Shown here one piece after another: positions 27,038 to 36,629 of a stretch of 64,000 nucleotides of DNA. The stretch covers positions 164,733-228,732 of the forward strand of contig JBNASD010000001.1 in assembly GCA_049720225.1 (NCBI GenBank), given 5' to 3'. Below the pieces are notes generated by a model. It was not told where the DNA came from, did not search any database, and worked only from the letters and a program-made list of their open reading frames with translations. The position numbers were made by a program, and so were the translations under genes. The first letter of the stretch is position 1. Each line of letters opens with the position of its first letter. This DNA comes from Microgenomates group bacterium (GTDB taxonomy: Bacteria; Patescibacteriota; Microgenomatia; PFEM01; JBNASD01).

Positions 27038-28262
27038 TTTTAAATAATCTCCTTCTGATTGCCTTTTTAACCTCTAAAAATTCATTCCAAGGATATTCTT
27101 TTTTTCCATAACACATTGAACGTTCGTGTCCCTTTCCGCAAAAAACTAGAATATCACCATTTTTAGCTAATTTCTCGATAGCGAATCGGATTGCTTTTCG
27201 CCGATCTGGAATTCTTATAAACCACTTCTCTTCTTTTAATTCATTTTCTTGCTTAATTTCTTCTTCTTTTTTTTCCTCCATTCCTCCTTCTAAACAACCC
27301 TCCGCAATTTGATTAATAATTTTATTAACGTCTTCAGTTCGCGGATCTTCAGCAGTAAGAATCGCAATATTCGCTAATCTCCCCGCCACTTCTCCCATCA
27401 TTTTTCTTTTAGCAATATCTCTTAAACCTGCAGACCCAAAGACAGCAATTAATCTTCCTTGATTAACTAATGGTTTTAGTGTTTTTAAAGCATTTTCTAA
27501 CCCCGAGGCGGTTTTCGCAAAATCAACAAAAACTTTAAATTTCTGCCCCATTTTAATTTCTTCCATTCTTCCCTTAACTCCTTTAAAGGAAATTAGCGCT
27601 TTTTTAATTTTTCCCGGTTTGATTCCTAAATTTACTGCCACCGCAATTCCTGCTAAACAATTATATTGATTATATTCACCAGGAAGTTTAGTTTTAAAAG
27701 GAAAATTTTTTGGTGTAAAATCTGCTTCGTTCTTAATTGCGTAAGTAATTATTTTTTTCCTTTTTATTTTTGGATTTTTAAAAAAATACTCATATGAATA
27801 GTCATCTTTATTTAAGACTACAATTTGAGAATTTTCCAAAAGTTTTCCTTTTGCTTGAGCATAATTTTCCCAACTTTTATGATAATCTAAATGATCATGA
27901 GTTACGTTCGTCACCACTCCTATTTGAAATTTGATTCCCCATAATCGATACTGATCTAAACCATGAGAAGAACATTCCAATACCACATATCGCTTTCCTT
28001 TATTAACCATCTGGCGAAGAATTTTTTGTAAAACAAAAGGGTCAGGAGTAGTAGTATGAAGCCCAGGAGAAGATAAAGTAGAAATTATTCCCACTTTAAA
28101 ACCATTTTTTTTAAGCAAATGGCCAATTAAATGAACAGTGGTCGTTTTCCCATCCGTTCCCGTAACGCCAATCATTATTAATTTTTTTGAGGGAAAACGA
28201 TAAATTAAATTGGCTAAAATCGCGGTTAAAAAATGAAAGAAGTTTTTTATTTTTCTTATCAT
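27027..28262 (-). CDS. murE: UDP-MurNAc-L-Ala-D-Glu--diamino acid ligase MurE (short form)
   Basis: P-loop IGVTGTDGKTTTVHL; DHLDYH; EDPR element in the position of the DNPR mDAP-selectivity motif; 411 aa. Confidence 0.75.
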   Translation of the reverse strand: MIRKIKNFFHFLTAILANLIYRFPSKKLIMIGVTGTDGKTTTVHLIGHLLKKNGFKVGIISTLSSPGLHTTTPDPFVLQKILRQMVNKGKRYVVLECSSHGLDQYRLWGIKFQIGVVTNVTHDHLDYHKSWENYAQAKGKLLENSQIVVLNKDDYSYEYFFKNPKIKRKKIITYAIKNEADFTPKNFPFKTKLPGEYNQYNCLAGIAVAVNLGIKPGKIKKALISFKGVKGRMEEIKMGQKFKVFVDFAKTASGLENALKTLKPLVNQGRLIAVFGSAGLRDIAKRKMMGEVAGRLANIAILTAEDPRTEDVNKIINQIAEGCLEGGMEEKKEEEIKQENELKEEKWFIRIPDRRKAIRFAIEKLAKNGDILVFCGKGHERSMCYGKKEYPWNEFLEVKKAIRRRLFKNVS

Positions 28263-28287
28263 TAATAGCTTTATTATAGCTTAATTT

Positions 28288-30003
28288 TTATTTTTCCTCT
28301 ACTAAAATTCCATAATATAAAAACAATTCGTTAGCAATCTCAAACCATAAAGGTGCTGCCGTTTCTGAGCCCCAAGGGGAAGAAGTTGGCTCTCTTAACG
28401 TCACCAACATCACAAATTTTGGCTTATCGGCGGGAGCAAAACCGATAAAGGAAGCGATTGTTTTTTCTTCATCGTAATGACCTGCCACGGGAATTTGGGC
28501 GGTTCCCGTCTTTCCGGCAATACGAAAACCTTGAGGTTTTGCCCACTTTGCCTCGCCTTTTTCCACCGCATTAACCATCATTTCTTTAATCATTTGGGCA
28601 GTATTTGGCTTAATTACCCTTTCTTCTTTTTTTGGTTGAATTTCTTCTTCTCCTTTCTCTCCAATAATCTTTTTTACCACAAATGGTTTATATAACACCC
28701 CACCGTTAGCTAACGCTCCGACCGCTTTTACCATTTGAAGAGGAGTCACCGCAATTCCCTGACCAAAAGAAATAGTGGCTAAATCAATAAACTTCCAATC
28801 TTTTTTTTCTCGCAAGGGAGGACTAGTTTCTTCTTGAAGATCGATTCCTGTAGGTTTTCCAAAACCGAATTTTTTAAGATATTGATATGTTCTTTCTATC
28901 CCTAATTTTTCTGCTACAAAAACCATTCCCACATTATCAGAATGTTGAATTATTTCTGTCATTGTTGAATTAGGATAATATTTATCGTTCCAAGTTTTAA
29001 TTGTATACTCAGCAATTTTTCTCGGACCATTGCATTTTTCACAACGACTCTCTGGAGTAACTACCCCACTGTCCAAGGCCGCCGCCATAATAATTACTTT
29101 AAAAGTTGATCCTGGCTCATAAGAAGAAGCAATTACCGGATTAGAAAAAATTTCTTCCTTATATTGCCAATAATATCCAGGATGATAATTAGGAAAGGAA
29201 GCCATCGCAATAATTGCTCCATTGAAAGGATCCATTACCGTAACTGTCCCACTTTTTGCCCCATACCTTATCAATCCTTTTTTCAATTTTTCTTCAACAA
29301 TATACTGAACTGAACGATCTAAATTAAGAACAAGACTTCGACCATCAATTTTTTCCTGACTTTTATCCTCTCCTAATAAAATTGGGTTTCCCAATGCATC
29401 TTTTTCCTGGCGTATTATTCCTGGTTTTCCTTTTAGTTGAAGATCATAAAAACCCTCAAGCCCAAAATATCCTTTTTCTTTCCCATCTTTATCAAAACCA
29501 ACAAAACCTAAAAGATGAGCGGCCATTGAAGCCTCGGGATAAACTCTTTTTTGCTGTTCTTCAAAACCAATTCCTTTAATAGACATTTTCTCAATTTTCT
29601 CTTTAGTTTGTCGAGAAACTTTTTGTTTTAGGGGAGTCCACCATAATTTTTTTAAAGAAAGCCTTTCGATAATTATTTTTTCTAAATCTTCTATTTTTTC
29701 TGAAGTTTCTTCGGATAAAATTGGCGCAATTCTTTTAGCCACTTTCTCTGGTTCTTCTTTTAATTCTTTAGGAGAACCAAACACTAAATAAGCCTCCTCA
29801 TTACTTACTAAAGGAAACCCATCATTAAAAAAAATTTCCCCTCTTTTTGCAGGAATTTCAAAAGAAACCCAATGTTGTTTTTCTGCTAACGCCTTTAATT
29901 CCTCTCCTTTAATTATTTGCCAATAAAAAAGCCGACTAATAATCAACCCGGTAAAAATCACAAAAAAGATTAAAAGAAGATTTATCCGCCAGGAAAAATT
30001 CAT
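28288..30003 (-). CDS. ftsI: Penicillin-binding protein FtsI/PBP (transpeptidase) with N-terminal TM anchor
   Basis: SxxK active site GSTFK; SDN-like HSDN; KTGT(A) box AGKTGTAQ; N-terminal TM; 571 aa. Confidence 0.85.
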   Translation of the reverse strand: MNFSWRINLLLIFFVIFTGLIISRLFYWQIIKGEELKALAEKQHWVSFEIPAKRGEIFFNDGFPLVSNEEAYLVFGSPKELKEEPEKVAKRIAPILSEETSEKIEDLEKIIIERLSLKKLWWTPLKQKVSRQTKEKIEKMSIKGIGFEEQQKRVYPEASMAAHLLGFVGFDKDGKEKGYFGLEGFYDLQLKGKPGIIRQEKDALGNPILLGEDKSQEKIDGRSLVLNLDRSVQYIVEEKLKKGLIRYGAKSGTVTVMDPFNGAIIAMASFPNYHPGYYWQYKEEIFSNPVIASSYEPGSTFKVIIMAAALDSGVVTPESRCEKCNGPRKIAEYTIKTWNDKYYPNSTMTEIIQHSDNVGMVFVAEKLGIERTYQYLKKFGFGKPTGIDLQEETSPPLREKKDWKFIDLATISFGQGIAVTPLQMVKAVGALANGGVLYKPFVVKKIIGEKGEEEIQPKKEERVIKPNTAQMIKEMMVNAVEKGEAKWAKPQGFRIAGKTGTAQIPVAGHYDEEKTIASFIGFAPADKPKFVMLVTLREPTSSPWGSETAAPLWFEIANELFLYYGILVEEK

Positions 30004-30299
30004 TTCCTTAAAGCAACTGCATTATCCTCGGTAAGATGAAAAACTACTGAAGTTTTTACTAAACCCAATTCTTCTGCTTTCTGGGAAATTTTCTTTAAAG
30101 AAGTTTCTTTGGCTAATTCTTCATTTAAAATCTTAATTTCTTCATTTAATTGACTGAGTTTAACTTGCCAATTTTTTGTTTCCGCAGATAAACTTACTAA
30201 CCAACAAGAAATTATTATCTGAAAAATAATCAAAATTCCTAAAATTAACACCGTAAATTTAAAAAAATCAAATTGTTTTTTTGTTTTTTTCTTTTTCAT
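30000..30299 (-). CDS. ftsL: FtsL-like cell division protein (single TM + coiled coil)
   Basis: 99 aa; TM segment FTVLILGILIIFQIII then a heptad-like region; canonical position between rsmH and ftsI. Confidence 0.45.
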   Translation of the reverse strand: MKKKKTKKQFDFFKFTVLILGILIIFQIIISCWLVSLSAETKNWQVKLSQLNEEIKILNEELAKETSLKKISQKAEELGLVKTSVVFHLTEDNAVALRK

Positions 30300-30300
30300 T

Positions 30301-31272
30301 TTATATTTTTTCCGCTACTCTTAATTTAGCGCTCCGACTTTTTGGATTTTCTTTTTTCTCTTCTTCTGTCGGTCTAATTGGTTTTTTAGTTAAAATTTTT
30401 AATTTTCCCTTTTTAAATTCCTCGTTAAAAAAATTCTTTACAATTCTATCTTCTAATGAATGAAAACTAATTATTAATAATCTCCCACCTGGTTTTAAAA
30501 GATCTTCTGCCTGTGGTAATGCTTCTTTTAAATTTTCTAATTCGTTATTAACCGTAATTCTTAGTGCTTGAAAACATTTTCGTGCTGGATGTTTTTTTCT
30601 TTTTCCTTTTGGTAACGCCCGTAAAATAATTTCCACTAACTCTTGGGTAGTGGTAATTGGTTTTAATTGACGGGCGCGGCAAATAGCTTCAGCAATTCGC
30701 CGAGCACGCTTTTCTTCACCAAATTTAAGAAAAATTTTAGTAAGTTCATTTTCGCTTAAATTATTAACTAAGTCGCCGGCGGTTATTTTTAAAGAAGGAT
30801 CCATTCTCATATCTAATGGCCCTTCTTTTCGAAAAGAAAAACCCCGCCGACCTTCTTCTAACTGATGCCACGAAACCCCTAGATCAAAGATTATTCCTTC
30901 AACTCTACCAAATCCTTCCTTCTGAGCTATTTTTTTAATTTCTCTAAAATTACCCCGCACCAGCCGCCAGGAAGAATTAACCCTTGAAGCAAATTTTTCT
31001 TGCTTCAAGGGAGGGCAGGCTAAGGAGAGATTCTCCCCGGCGGCTTGGATTGCTTCGGGATCACAATCAATACCCAAAATCTTTCCTCCTCTTTTAACAA
31101 TTTCCAACGCGTATCCTCCACCACCTACCGTGGCATCGATATATTTTCCTCCCTTTTTAACTACTAATAATTCAATAACTTTATTTAAAAGAACTGGTTT
31201 ATGAAAAATTTTTTCCACGATAGTTCTCCCATTTCTTTTTATCCCAAATCTCAAAATGATCTCCGGCACCAA
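30301..31272 (-). CDS. rsmH: 16S rRNA (cytosine1402-N4)-methyltransferase RsmH/MraW
   Basis: HKPVLLNKVIELL…YIDATVGGGGYA…DLGVSWHQLE…; the track ORF overlaps mraZ by 74 nt, so the real start is probably later or at a non-ATG codon. Confidence 0.85.
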   Translation of the reverse strand: MVPEIILRFGIKRNGRTIVEKIFHKPVLLNKVIELLVVKKGGKYIDATVGGGGYALEIVKRGGKILGIDCDPEAIQAAGENLSLACPPLKQEKFASRVNSSWRLVRGNFREIKKIAQKEGFGRVEGIIFDLGVSWHQLEEGRRGFSFRKEGPLDMRMDPSLKITAGDLVNNLSENELTKIFLKFGEEKRARRIAEAICRARQLKPITTTQELVEIILRALPKGKRKKHPARKCFQALRITVNNELENLKEALPQAEDLLKPGGRLLIISFHSLEDRIVKNFFNEEFKKGKLKILTKKPIRPTEEEKKENPKSRSAKLRVAEKI

Positions 31273-31591
31273 TTAAAACGATTTCTTCTTTAATTCCTGC
31301 ATACTCCATCATTTTTTCAGGAATGACAAATCTTCCCTGAGAATCAAGATTAATTACTTCAGCATTCATACAAAGTTGTCTTCTTAATTTTCTTCCTTCT
31401 TCGTCAGAAATTGGTCTTGATAAATCAACCGCCGTTACCTGCTCCCACACCTTTTCCTCAAAACCAAAAATACATTCATCCAACCCTACCGACAAGACAA
31501 TTTTTTTTCCTTTAATTTCCTTTCTTATCTTTCCCGGTAATACCAAGCGATTTTTTCCAATCAAGCTTGGTTGGTAGGTTCCTAAAAGCAT
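31199..31591 (-). CDS. mraZ: Transcriptional regulator MraZ
   Basis: MLLGTYQPSLIGKNRLVLPGKIRKEI…, duplicated MraZ (SpoVT/AbrB-like) domains; first gene of the dcw cluster. Confidence 0.85.
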   Translation of the reverse strand: MLLGTYQPSLIGKNRLVLPGKIRKEIKGKKIVLSVGLDECIFGFEEKVWEQVTAVDLSRPISDEEGRKLRRQLCMNAEVINLDSQGRFVIPEKMMEYAGIKEEIVLIGAGDHFEIWDKKKWENYRGKNFS

Positions 31592-31614
31592 CTTCCTTTT
31601 TTCACCATTTTAAT

Positions 31615-31665
31615 ACTTTTTAAACCATTTTGAAACAAAAAAATCCTTTTGTCAAGAGGTATTTT
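31615..31665 (-). promoter_or_regulatory. Candidate dcw promoter/operator upstream of mraZ: TTGACA…, plus direct repeat AAAATGGT x2 spaced 21 nt
   Basis: Minus-strand reading of 31592-31704: …CTCTTGACAAAAGGATTTTTTTGTTTCAAAATGGTTTAAAAAGTATTAAAATGGTGAAAAAAGGAAGATG. Confidence 0.25.
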
Positions 31666-31704
31666 TGGGAAAAGTTGATTAAAAGAAAGTTAAAAAGAAA
31701 AAGC

Positions 31705-32217
31705 TTACTGAATTAGCCAACCCTGAACTTGAAGATTATAATCTTTTGAATCTAAATCAAAAGGGGCAGTAATTTTAATTACCCCCTCTTTCCCACGAAG
31801 ACGAAGCAAAAGATTTCCCGTAGTCACATCTTCATCATATTTACAAACATTTCGCGAACACGTTCCTAACAAAATTTTTCGACTAATTTCTGTTTCTCCT
31901 TCCTTTAAATTAATTGTCCCAATTACACCACGCGTGATTCCTTTTGATAAATAAGTTAACTCATATTCCACTAAATTAGCATTTTTAATATTTTTTATTT
32001 CTAAGGTAACTTCTTTTTTATCAGCGCGAGGAATAAGACGAACTAAAGGAAGTTCATCGGAAGATAATTCTTTTTGAATTTTAGGAGTCGGTGTCGCCGC
32101 GACTTTTGGGGAAAAATTTGCTCCTTTACTTCTTATTTTTCCAAAAAAGACAACAAAACCAATTATTCCCATTAAACCCACTAAAACTATTCCAACAATC
32201 AAAAGATTTTTCTTCAT
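31705..32217 (-). CDS. Hypothetical membrane-anchored/secreted protein (170 aa; N-terminal TM, PT-rich linker, beta-rich ectodomain)
   Basis: N-terminal hydrophobic segment LLIVGIVLVGLMGIIGFVVFF then AATPTPKIQ linker; no recognisable family. Confidence 0.4.
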   Translation of the reverse strand: MKKNLLIVGIVLVGLMGIIGFVVFFGKIRSKGANFSPKVAATPTPKIQKELSSDELPLVRLIPRADKKEVTLEIKNIKNANLVEYELTYLSKGITRGVIGTINLKEGETEISRKILLGTCSRNVCKYDEDVTTGNLLLRLRGKEGVIKITAPFDLDSKDYNLQVQGWLIQ

Positions 32218-33512
32218 AGATTTAATCTATTTTGAAAGTATTCTTTTAATTTGTCAACAGAAACTCTTTCTTGATGAGTAGTCTCTCTATCTCTTACAGT
32301 CACGGTGCTATCTTTTAAAGTTTGAAAATCAACGGTTACACACCACGGTGTCCCAATTTCATCTTGAGCAAAATAACGTTTTCCAATATTTCCTCGCTCA
32401 TCCCAAGCAACCACAAAGATAGATTTTAAATCTTCATAAATTTTTCTTGCTATTTTTACTAAATCAGGTTTGTTAGCCAATAAAGGAAAAACGGCGATTT
32501 TAACGGGAGAAATTTTCGGATTGAGTGATAAAATTACTCGAGTACTATTATTACTCTTTTCCTCACGATAAGCCTCGCATAATAGAGCTAAAACTAATCT
32601 TTCTACCCCTATCGATGGCTCAATAACAAAAGGATAAAACTTCTTTCCGTTTTCATCTTGATAACTTAAATCTTTCCCGGAAAATCGAGAATGGTTTTTT
32701 AAATCAAAGTCAGTCCGATTGGCAATTCCCTCCAACTCTGCCCATCCAAAGGGAAATTTATATTCAATATCTACTGTTCTTTTTGAGTAATGAGCCAAAG
32801 ATTTTTTTGGATGCTCAAAGAAACGAAGATGGTTTTTATTTATTCCCAACTCTAAATGCCAATTTAATCTTTCTTTTAACCAATATTCATGCCATTTTTC
32901 ATCTTCCTCTGGTTTAACAAAATATTCCAATTCCATCATTTCAAATTCTCTATCGCGAAAAATAAAATCCCCGGTCGTAATTTCATTCCGAAAACCTTTC
33001 CCTATTTGAGCAATTCCAAAAGGTAATTTCGGATGAAAACTATCAATTACATTGGCAAAATTAATAAAAATTCCCTGACAAGTTTCCGGACGAAGATAAG
33101 CTTTATTAGCAGTTTCCTTGGCGGGACCAACATAAGTTTCAAACATTAAATTAAACTGTTTTACTTCAGTAAGTCCCCCTCCACATTCAGGACAAATATC
33201 GCCTTCTAATTTATCTGCCCTAAATCGTTTATGGCAAGATTTACACTCTCTTAATGGGTCAGTAAAAGAAACTACATGCCCCGAAGCTTCCCATGTTTTT
33301 GGATGATGAATAATTGTAGAATCTAAACCAAAAACATCATCCCTTTCCCAAACAATTTTTTTCCACCACCATTTTTTAATATTATTTTTTAACTCCACTC
33401 CCAATGGCCCAAAATCCCAAAAACCACCTATCCCTCCATAAATTTCCGACCCGGGATAAATAAATCCCCTTCTTTTACAAAGGGCAACAATTTTTTCTAA
33501 TAAATTACTCAT
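32214..33512 (-). CDS. glyQS: Glycyl-tRNA synthetase, alpha2 (GlyQS) type
   Basis: IYGGIGGFWDFGPLGVELKNNIKKWWW N-terminal signature; class II motifs; 432 aa. Confidence 0.85.
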   Translation of the reverse strand: MSNLLEKIVALCKRRGFIYPGSEIYGGIGGFWDFGPLGVELKNNIKKWWWKKIVWERDDVFGLDSTIIHHPKTWEASGHVVSFTDPLRECKSCHKRFRADKLEGDICPECGGGLTEVKQFNLMFETYVGPAKETANKAYLRPETCQGIFINFANVIDSFHPKLPFGIAQIGKGFRNEITTGDFIFRDREFEMMELEYFVKPEEDEKWHEYWLKERLNWHLELGINKNHLRFFEHPKKSLAHYSKRTVDIEYKFPFGWAELEGIANRTDFDLKNHSRFSGKDLSYQDENGKKFYPFVIEPSIGVERLVLALLCEAYREEKSNNSTRVILSLNPKISPVKIAVFPLLANKPDLVKIARKIYEDLKSIFVVAWDERGNIGKRYFAQDEIGTPWCVTVDFQTLKDSTVTVRDRETTHQERVSVDKLKEYFQNRLNL

Positions 33513-33530
33513 GAATATATAATACCATAC

Positions 33531-34064
33531 TTAAGAAAAAGTACGAAAAGTATTTATTTTTCTTTCTATAATTTTTTCAATATAAGAAATTAAATTTCCT
33601 TTATCCTTTAATTGCGGAGGGATTCCAAAACCAGAAAAAAGCAAAATTTTTTCCTCAAATTCTTTTTTTAATTTTTCTTCTTCGTTTTTTTCCAGTAACT
33701 TTAATGAGTTTTTTAAAAGATTAAAAATTTTTTCGTTTTTTTCTCCTTCAGGAGTAAATTTATCCACTAATTCACAAAAATAATAGGCTAATTTTACTTT
33801 ATTTATATTTTTTCTCCAGGAAGAAAAATTATCTAAAACCTCTACCTCCGATAAAATGTCAAAAGTTTTTCCTTTTCTAATTAAAAACCGACAAAAATTA
33901 AATGTCTCTAAATTTCCTGCTCGCTTACTGGTAATTTTTCTTACTCCTTTGGCCAAAACTTTTATTTTTCCATAATTTAAAGTAAAAATAGTCAAAATCC
34001 TATCAATTTCTCCATAATTTTTTCTTTTAAGAATTATTCCCTGGGTTTTATAGAGGTAATTCAT
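33531..34064 (-). CDS. recO: DNA repair protein RecO (short form)
   Basis: N-terminal OB-fold signature TQGIILKRKNYGEIDRILTIFT…GKIKVLAKGVRK; conserved glyS-recO neighbourhood; only 177 aa. Confidence 0.6.
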   Translation of the reverse strand: MNYLYKTQGIILKRKNYGEIDRILTIFTLNYGKIKVLAKGVRKITSKRAGNLETFNFCRFLIRKGKTFDILSEVEVLDNFSSWRKNINKVKLAYYFCELVDKFTPEGEKNEKIFNLLKNSLKLLEKNEEEKLKKEFEEKILLFSGFGIPPQLKDKGNLISYIEKIIERKINTFRTFS

Positions 34065-36022
34065 TAAAGAGATAAAATTAATTCTTTATCTTTATCAAGA
34101 TCAAATTCTTCTATATTTTTATTGGTTTTTATTTCATACCGAAAGGCTTTAGTTCCTGGCTGTTTCTGAATTAGAAGGCGATAATCTCCATTTCCTTTAA
34201 ACGGCAACTTATATTTAAAAATTACCTGAGCTTTTCCTAATGGTCTTAGAGGAGCTTTATCCCCATAAAAAGCCTCAAAAACTGTTTTTCCTAATTCTTC
34301 ATAGGTACGAACTTCTACTTCTGAACCTGAAGCTTCAATTAACTCGCTTCCTTTAGGCACATAAATTCTTAACCAATTCCGATAAAGACCATTTAAACAA
34401 AGATCTCCCGCCTCTAAATTACAATTTGAAGGAGGAGCGGGATTAACATAATCAATAGTGACTTTCTTGATTATTTCTTGATTTTCGTTTATCTCAATTT
34501 CCTGGGTGACTGTTTGGTAAATGAAAATATTTGATTTCGCGCCGGCAAAATTACAATCATTAAGATGAAAATAATCGCCCTGATAATCTTTAATCCTTCC
34601 TCCTGCATTTAAAGTTTCAATTGCTTTTTGAATATCCTCATTGAAAAAGTAAAAAAGAATATGTTTTTCCTGAATATTTTTAAATCCTACATCAAAAAAT
34701 TCTGGCCATTTTTTGGCTGGTGACTGCATTACATGAAGTAAAATTGCGTGCATTAATGGTCCTAACATTGCCTTTCTTTCTGTTCTTAAGGTTCCTACTG
34801 GTTTATCAGCTAACTTTTCCAGTTCATAAAAAACTTGCGGACAATTGCATCGTGGATCGTTTTCTGCCGAAAAAGTCCCCCATTCCGCTACTCCCACCGG
34901 CCCTAAAACTTTTAAAATATCAACCAAAACTTGAGTATCCACCGCAATTACTCCATCGACATCAGGACCACCGGCGGTTTTATAATGAGGCCAAAAAGTT
35001 TCTATAAACACTTTAAAATCAGGAGAAAGATTCATATCTCTTAAATGCCAATAATAAACATTTTTATGATATTTTTTAATTGGCTCAGGTGCCGGCAAGC
35101 GATTCCCAAATTTACTATCTAAAGTATAAATATCCCACGAACCTAACGGTTTAAAATTTCCTTTATGAACTTCTAAAATTGCGTAAGCGGTTAAAAACCC
35201 TCCGGTGGGTCTTAATTCGGCATCATTTTGAAAAAGTAAAAGATATCTTTTTGCATCAGGAAAACCCAATAAAGGTTTTAAATAAGAAATTAAAGGTTTA
35301 ATCTCCTCCATCATTAATCTGGTTTCTTTTAAAAGTGTTTGTCCTTTTACAATTTTTTCTCTTATTTGATAACCAAAAAGCTTTTGGGGATATTTTTGAG
35401 GATTAATTTTGTTAATCTCTTCCTCTGCTAATTTTAATTTCTCATCAATTTTATCAATATTTGGTTGAAGCTTATCTAAAGTATCTAAAGCCAACATTAA
35501 CCTTTCTTCGGTGGTCAGTGCTTTTTCTTCCTTTTTTTCTTTTAAACCCAAAATATCGGCATAAGGTTCAATTCCCTCAATTGTAAGTTCCCCCGCTTCG
35601 ATTAAGTATTTACCACCCTGAAATAAACTTTCTCCATCCTTATAATAGGGAAAAAATTTAAAAACAATCAGTTTTTGATAACTTTTTTCTAAACTTAAAA
35701 ATTTCTCCTTAAATTCACCTAATTTTTCTTTAGTTTCCTCTAAATTTTGACTTTTAATTGCCTCCGATAATTGTTTTCCATCCTGAAGTAAAGCTAAGGC
35801 TTCATTTTTAAAATTTAAAAGAGGAAAAATAGTTAATCCTCCCACTAAAATTATTAAAAAAAGAAATCCTCCCAACACCCATAAAAATTTTTTGGAAAAG
35901 CGAGGAAATTTTAATCTTAATTTTTTTTCTGGTTGATTTAAATCTTCAAAAAGAGTAATTCTTTTTGTTTCTAAATCTTGATTCATTTTTATAAGGCTCC
36001 TTTCCCAGAAATCATTGCCCAA
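34064..36022 (-). CDS. DUF4012-like membrane-anchored extracytoplasmic protein (652 aa) at the head of the glycan locus
   Basis: N-terminal TM (FLWVLGGFLFLIILVGGLTIF); large ectodomain with a GVIAVDTQVLVDILKVLGPV block, recalled as typical of the DUF4012 family. Confidence 0.45.
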   Translation of the reverse strand: MGNDFWERSLIKMNQDLETKRITLFEDLNQPEKKLRLKFPRFSKKFLWVLGGFLFLIILVGGLTIFPLLNFKNEALALLQDGKQLSEAIKSQNLEETKEKLGEFKEKFLSLEKSYQKLIVFKFFPYYKDGESLFQGGKYLIEAGELTIEGIEPYADILGLKEKKEEKALTTEERLMLALDTLDKLQPNIDKIDEKLKLAEEEINKINPQKYPQKLFGYQIREKIVKGQTLLKETRLMMEEIKPLISYLKPLLGFPDAKRYLLLFQNDAELRPTGGFLTAYAILEVHKGNFKPLGSWDIYTLDSKFGNRLPAPEPIKKYHKNVYYWHLRDMNLSPDFKVFIETFWPHYKTAGGPDVDGVIAVDTQVLVDILKVLGPVGVAEWGTFSAENDPRCNCPQVFYELEKLADKPVGTLRTERKAMLGPLMHAILLHVMQSPAKKWPEFFDVGFKNIQEKHILFYFFNEDIQKAIETLNAGGRIKDYQGDYFHLNDCNFAGAKSNIFIYQTVTQEIEINENQEIIKKVTIDYVNPAPPSNCNLEAGDLCLNGLYRNWLRIYVPKGSELIEASGSEVEVRTYEELGKTVFEAFYGDKAPLRPLGKAQVIFKYKLPFKGNGDYRLLIQKQPGTKAFRYEIKTNKNIEEFDLDKDKELILSL

Positions 36023-36627
36023 GGGGTCTTAAGAATAATAATAATATCTTTTAAAATAGACCGCTGTCGGGCATACCAGGCATCCATTTCTACTCTTTTA
36101 TCAAAATTTATTTCACTTCTTCCGGAAACTTGCCAATAACCAGTAATTCCCGGTTTAATTTTTAAAAGTTCTTTAACGTATTTTTTGGTATGGGGATAAA
36201 CCTTTTGTTGCTCTTCCAATTCATCTGGATAATAAGCACGAGGACCGACAATACTCATTTCTCCTTTTAAAACATTAAATACTTGGGGTAGTTCATCTAA
36301 AGAAAACCGTCTTAAAATTTTTCCTACACGGGTAACTCTGGGGTCATTTTTTAATTTATAACTGCTTTTTTTGTACTCTTCATAAAGCTTTTTAAATTTT
36401 GGGTCTGTTCTTAGAAGTTGATGGGCGTTAGCAATCATTGTTCGAAACTTATACATCTTAAACAACTTTTTGTCCTTTCCTACTCTTTTAGGAATATCGG
36501 CAAATACCGGTCCGGGCGAATCTAGTTTTATTAAAATGGGAACAATTAAAAACACCGGTGCAAAAACAATTAATATTCCGATAGCCACAATGATATCTAA
36601 AATTCTTTTGGCAGTTTCGTATTTCAT
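35989..36627 (-). CDS. Small monotopic polyprenyl-phosphate sugar-1-phosphate transferase (bacterial sugar transferase, PglC/WcaJ-C-domain type), initiating enzyme
   Basis: KRILDIIVAIGILIVFAPVFLIV re-entrant helix; …KMYKFRTM…; DELPQVFNVLKGEMSIVGPRA catalytic signature; 212 aa. Confidence 0.85.
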   Translation of the reverse strand: MKYETAKRILDIIVAIGILIVFAPVFLIVPILIKLDSPGPVFADIPKRVGKDKKLFKMYKFRTMIANAHQLLRTDPKFKKLYEEYKKSSYKLKNDPRVTRVGKILRRFSLDELPQVFNVLKGEMSIVGPRAYYPDELEEQQKVYPHTKKYVKELLKIKPGITGYWQVSGRSEINFDKRVEMDAWYARQRSILKDIIIILKTPWAMISGKGAL

Positions 36628-36629
36628 TT

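Noticed and set aside
31592-31704. MraZ operator assignment (AAAATGGT direct repeats)
   Set aside because: Only two short repeats and no experimental consensus for this lineage; kept as a low-confidence regulatory feature, not a finding.
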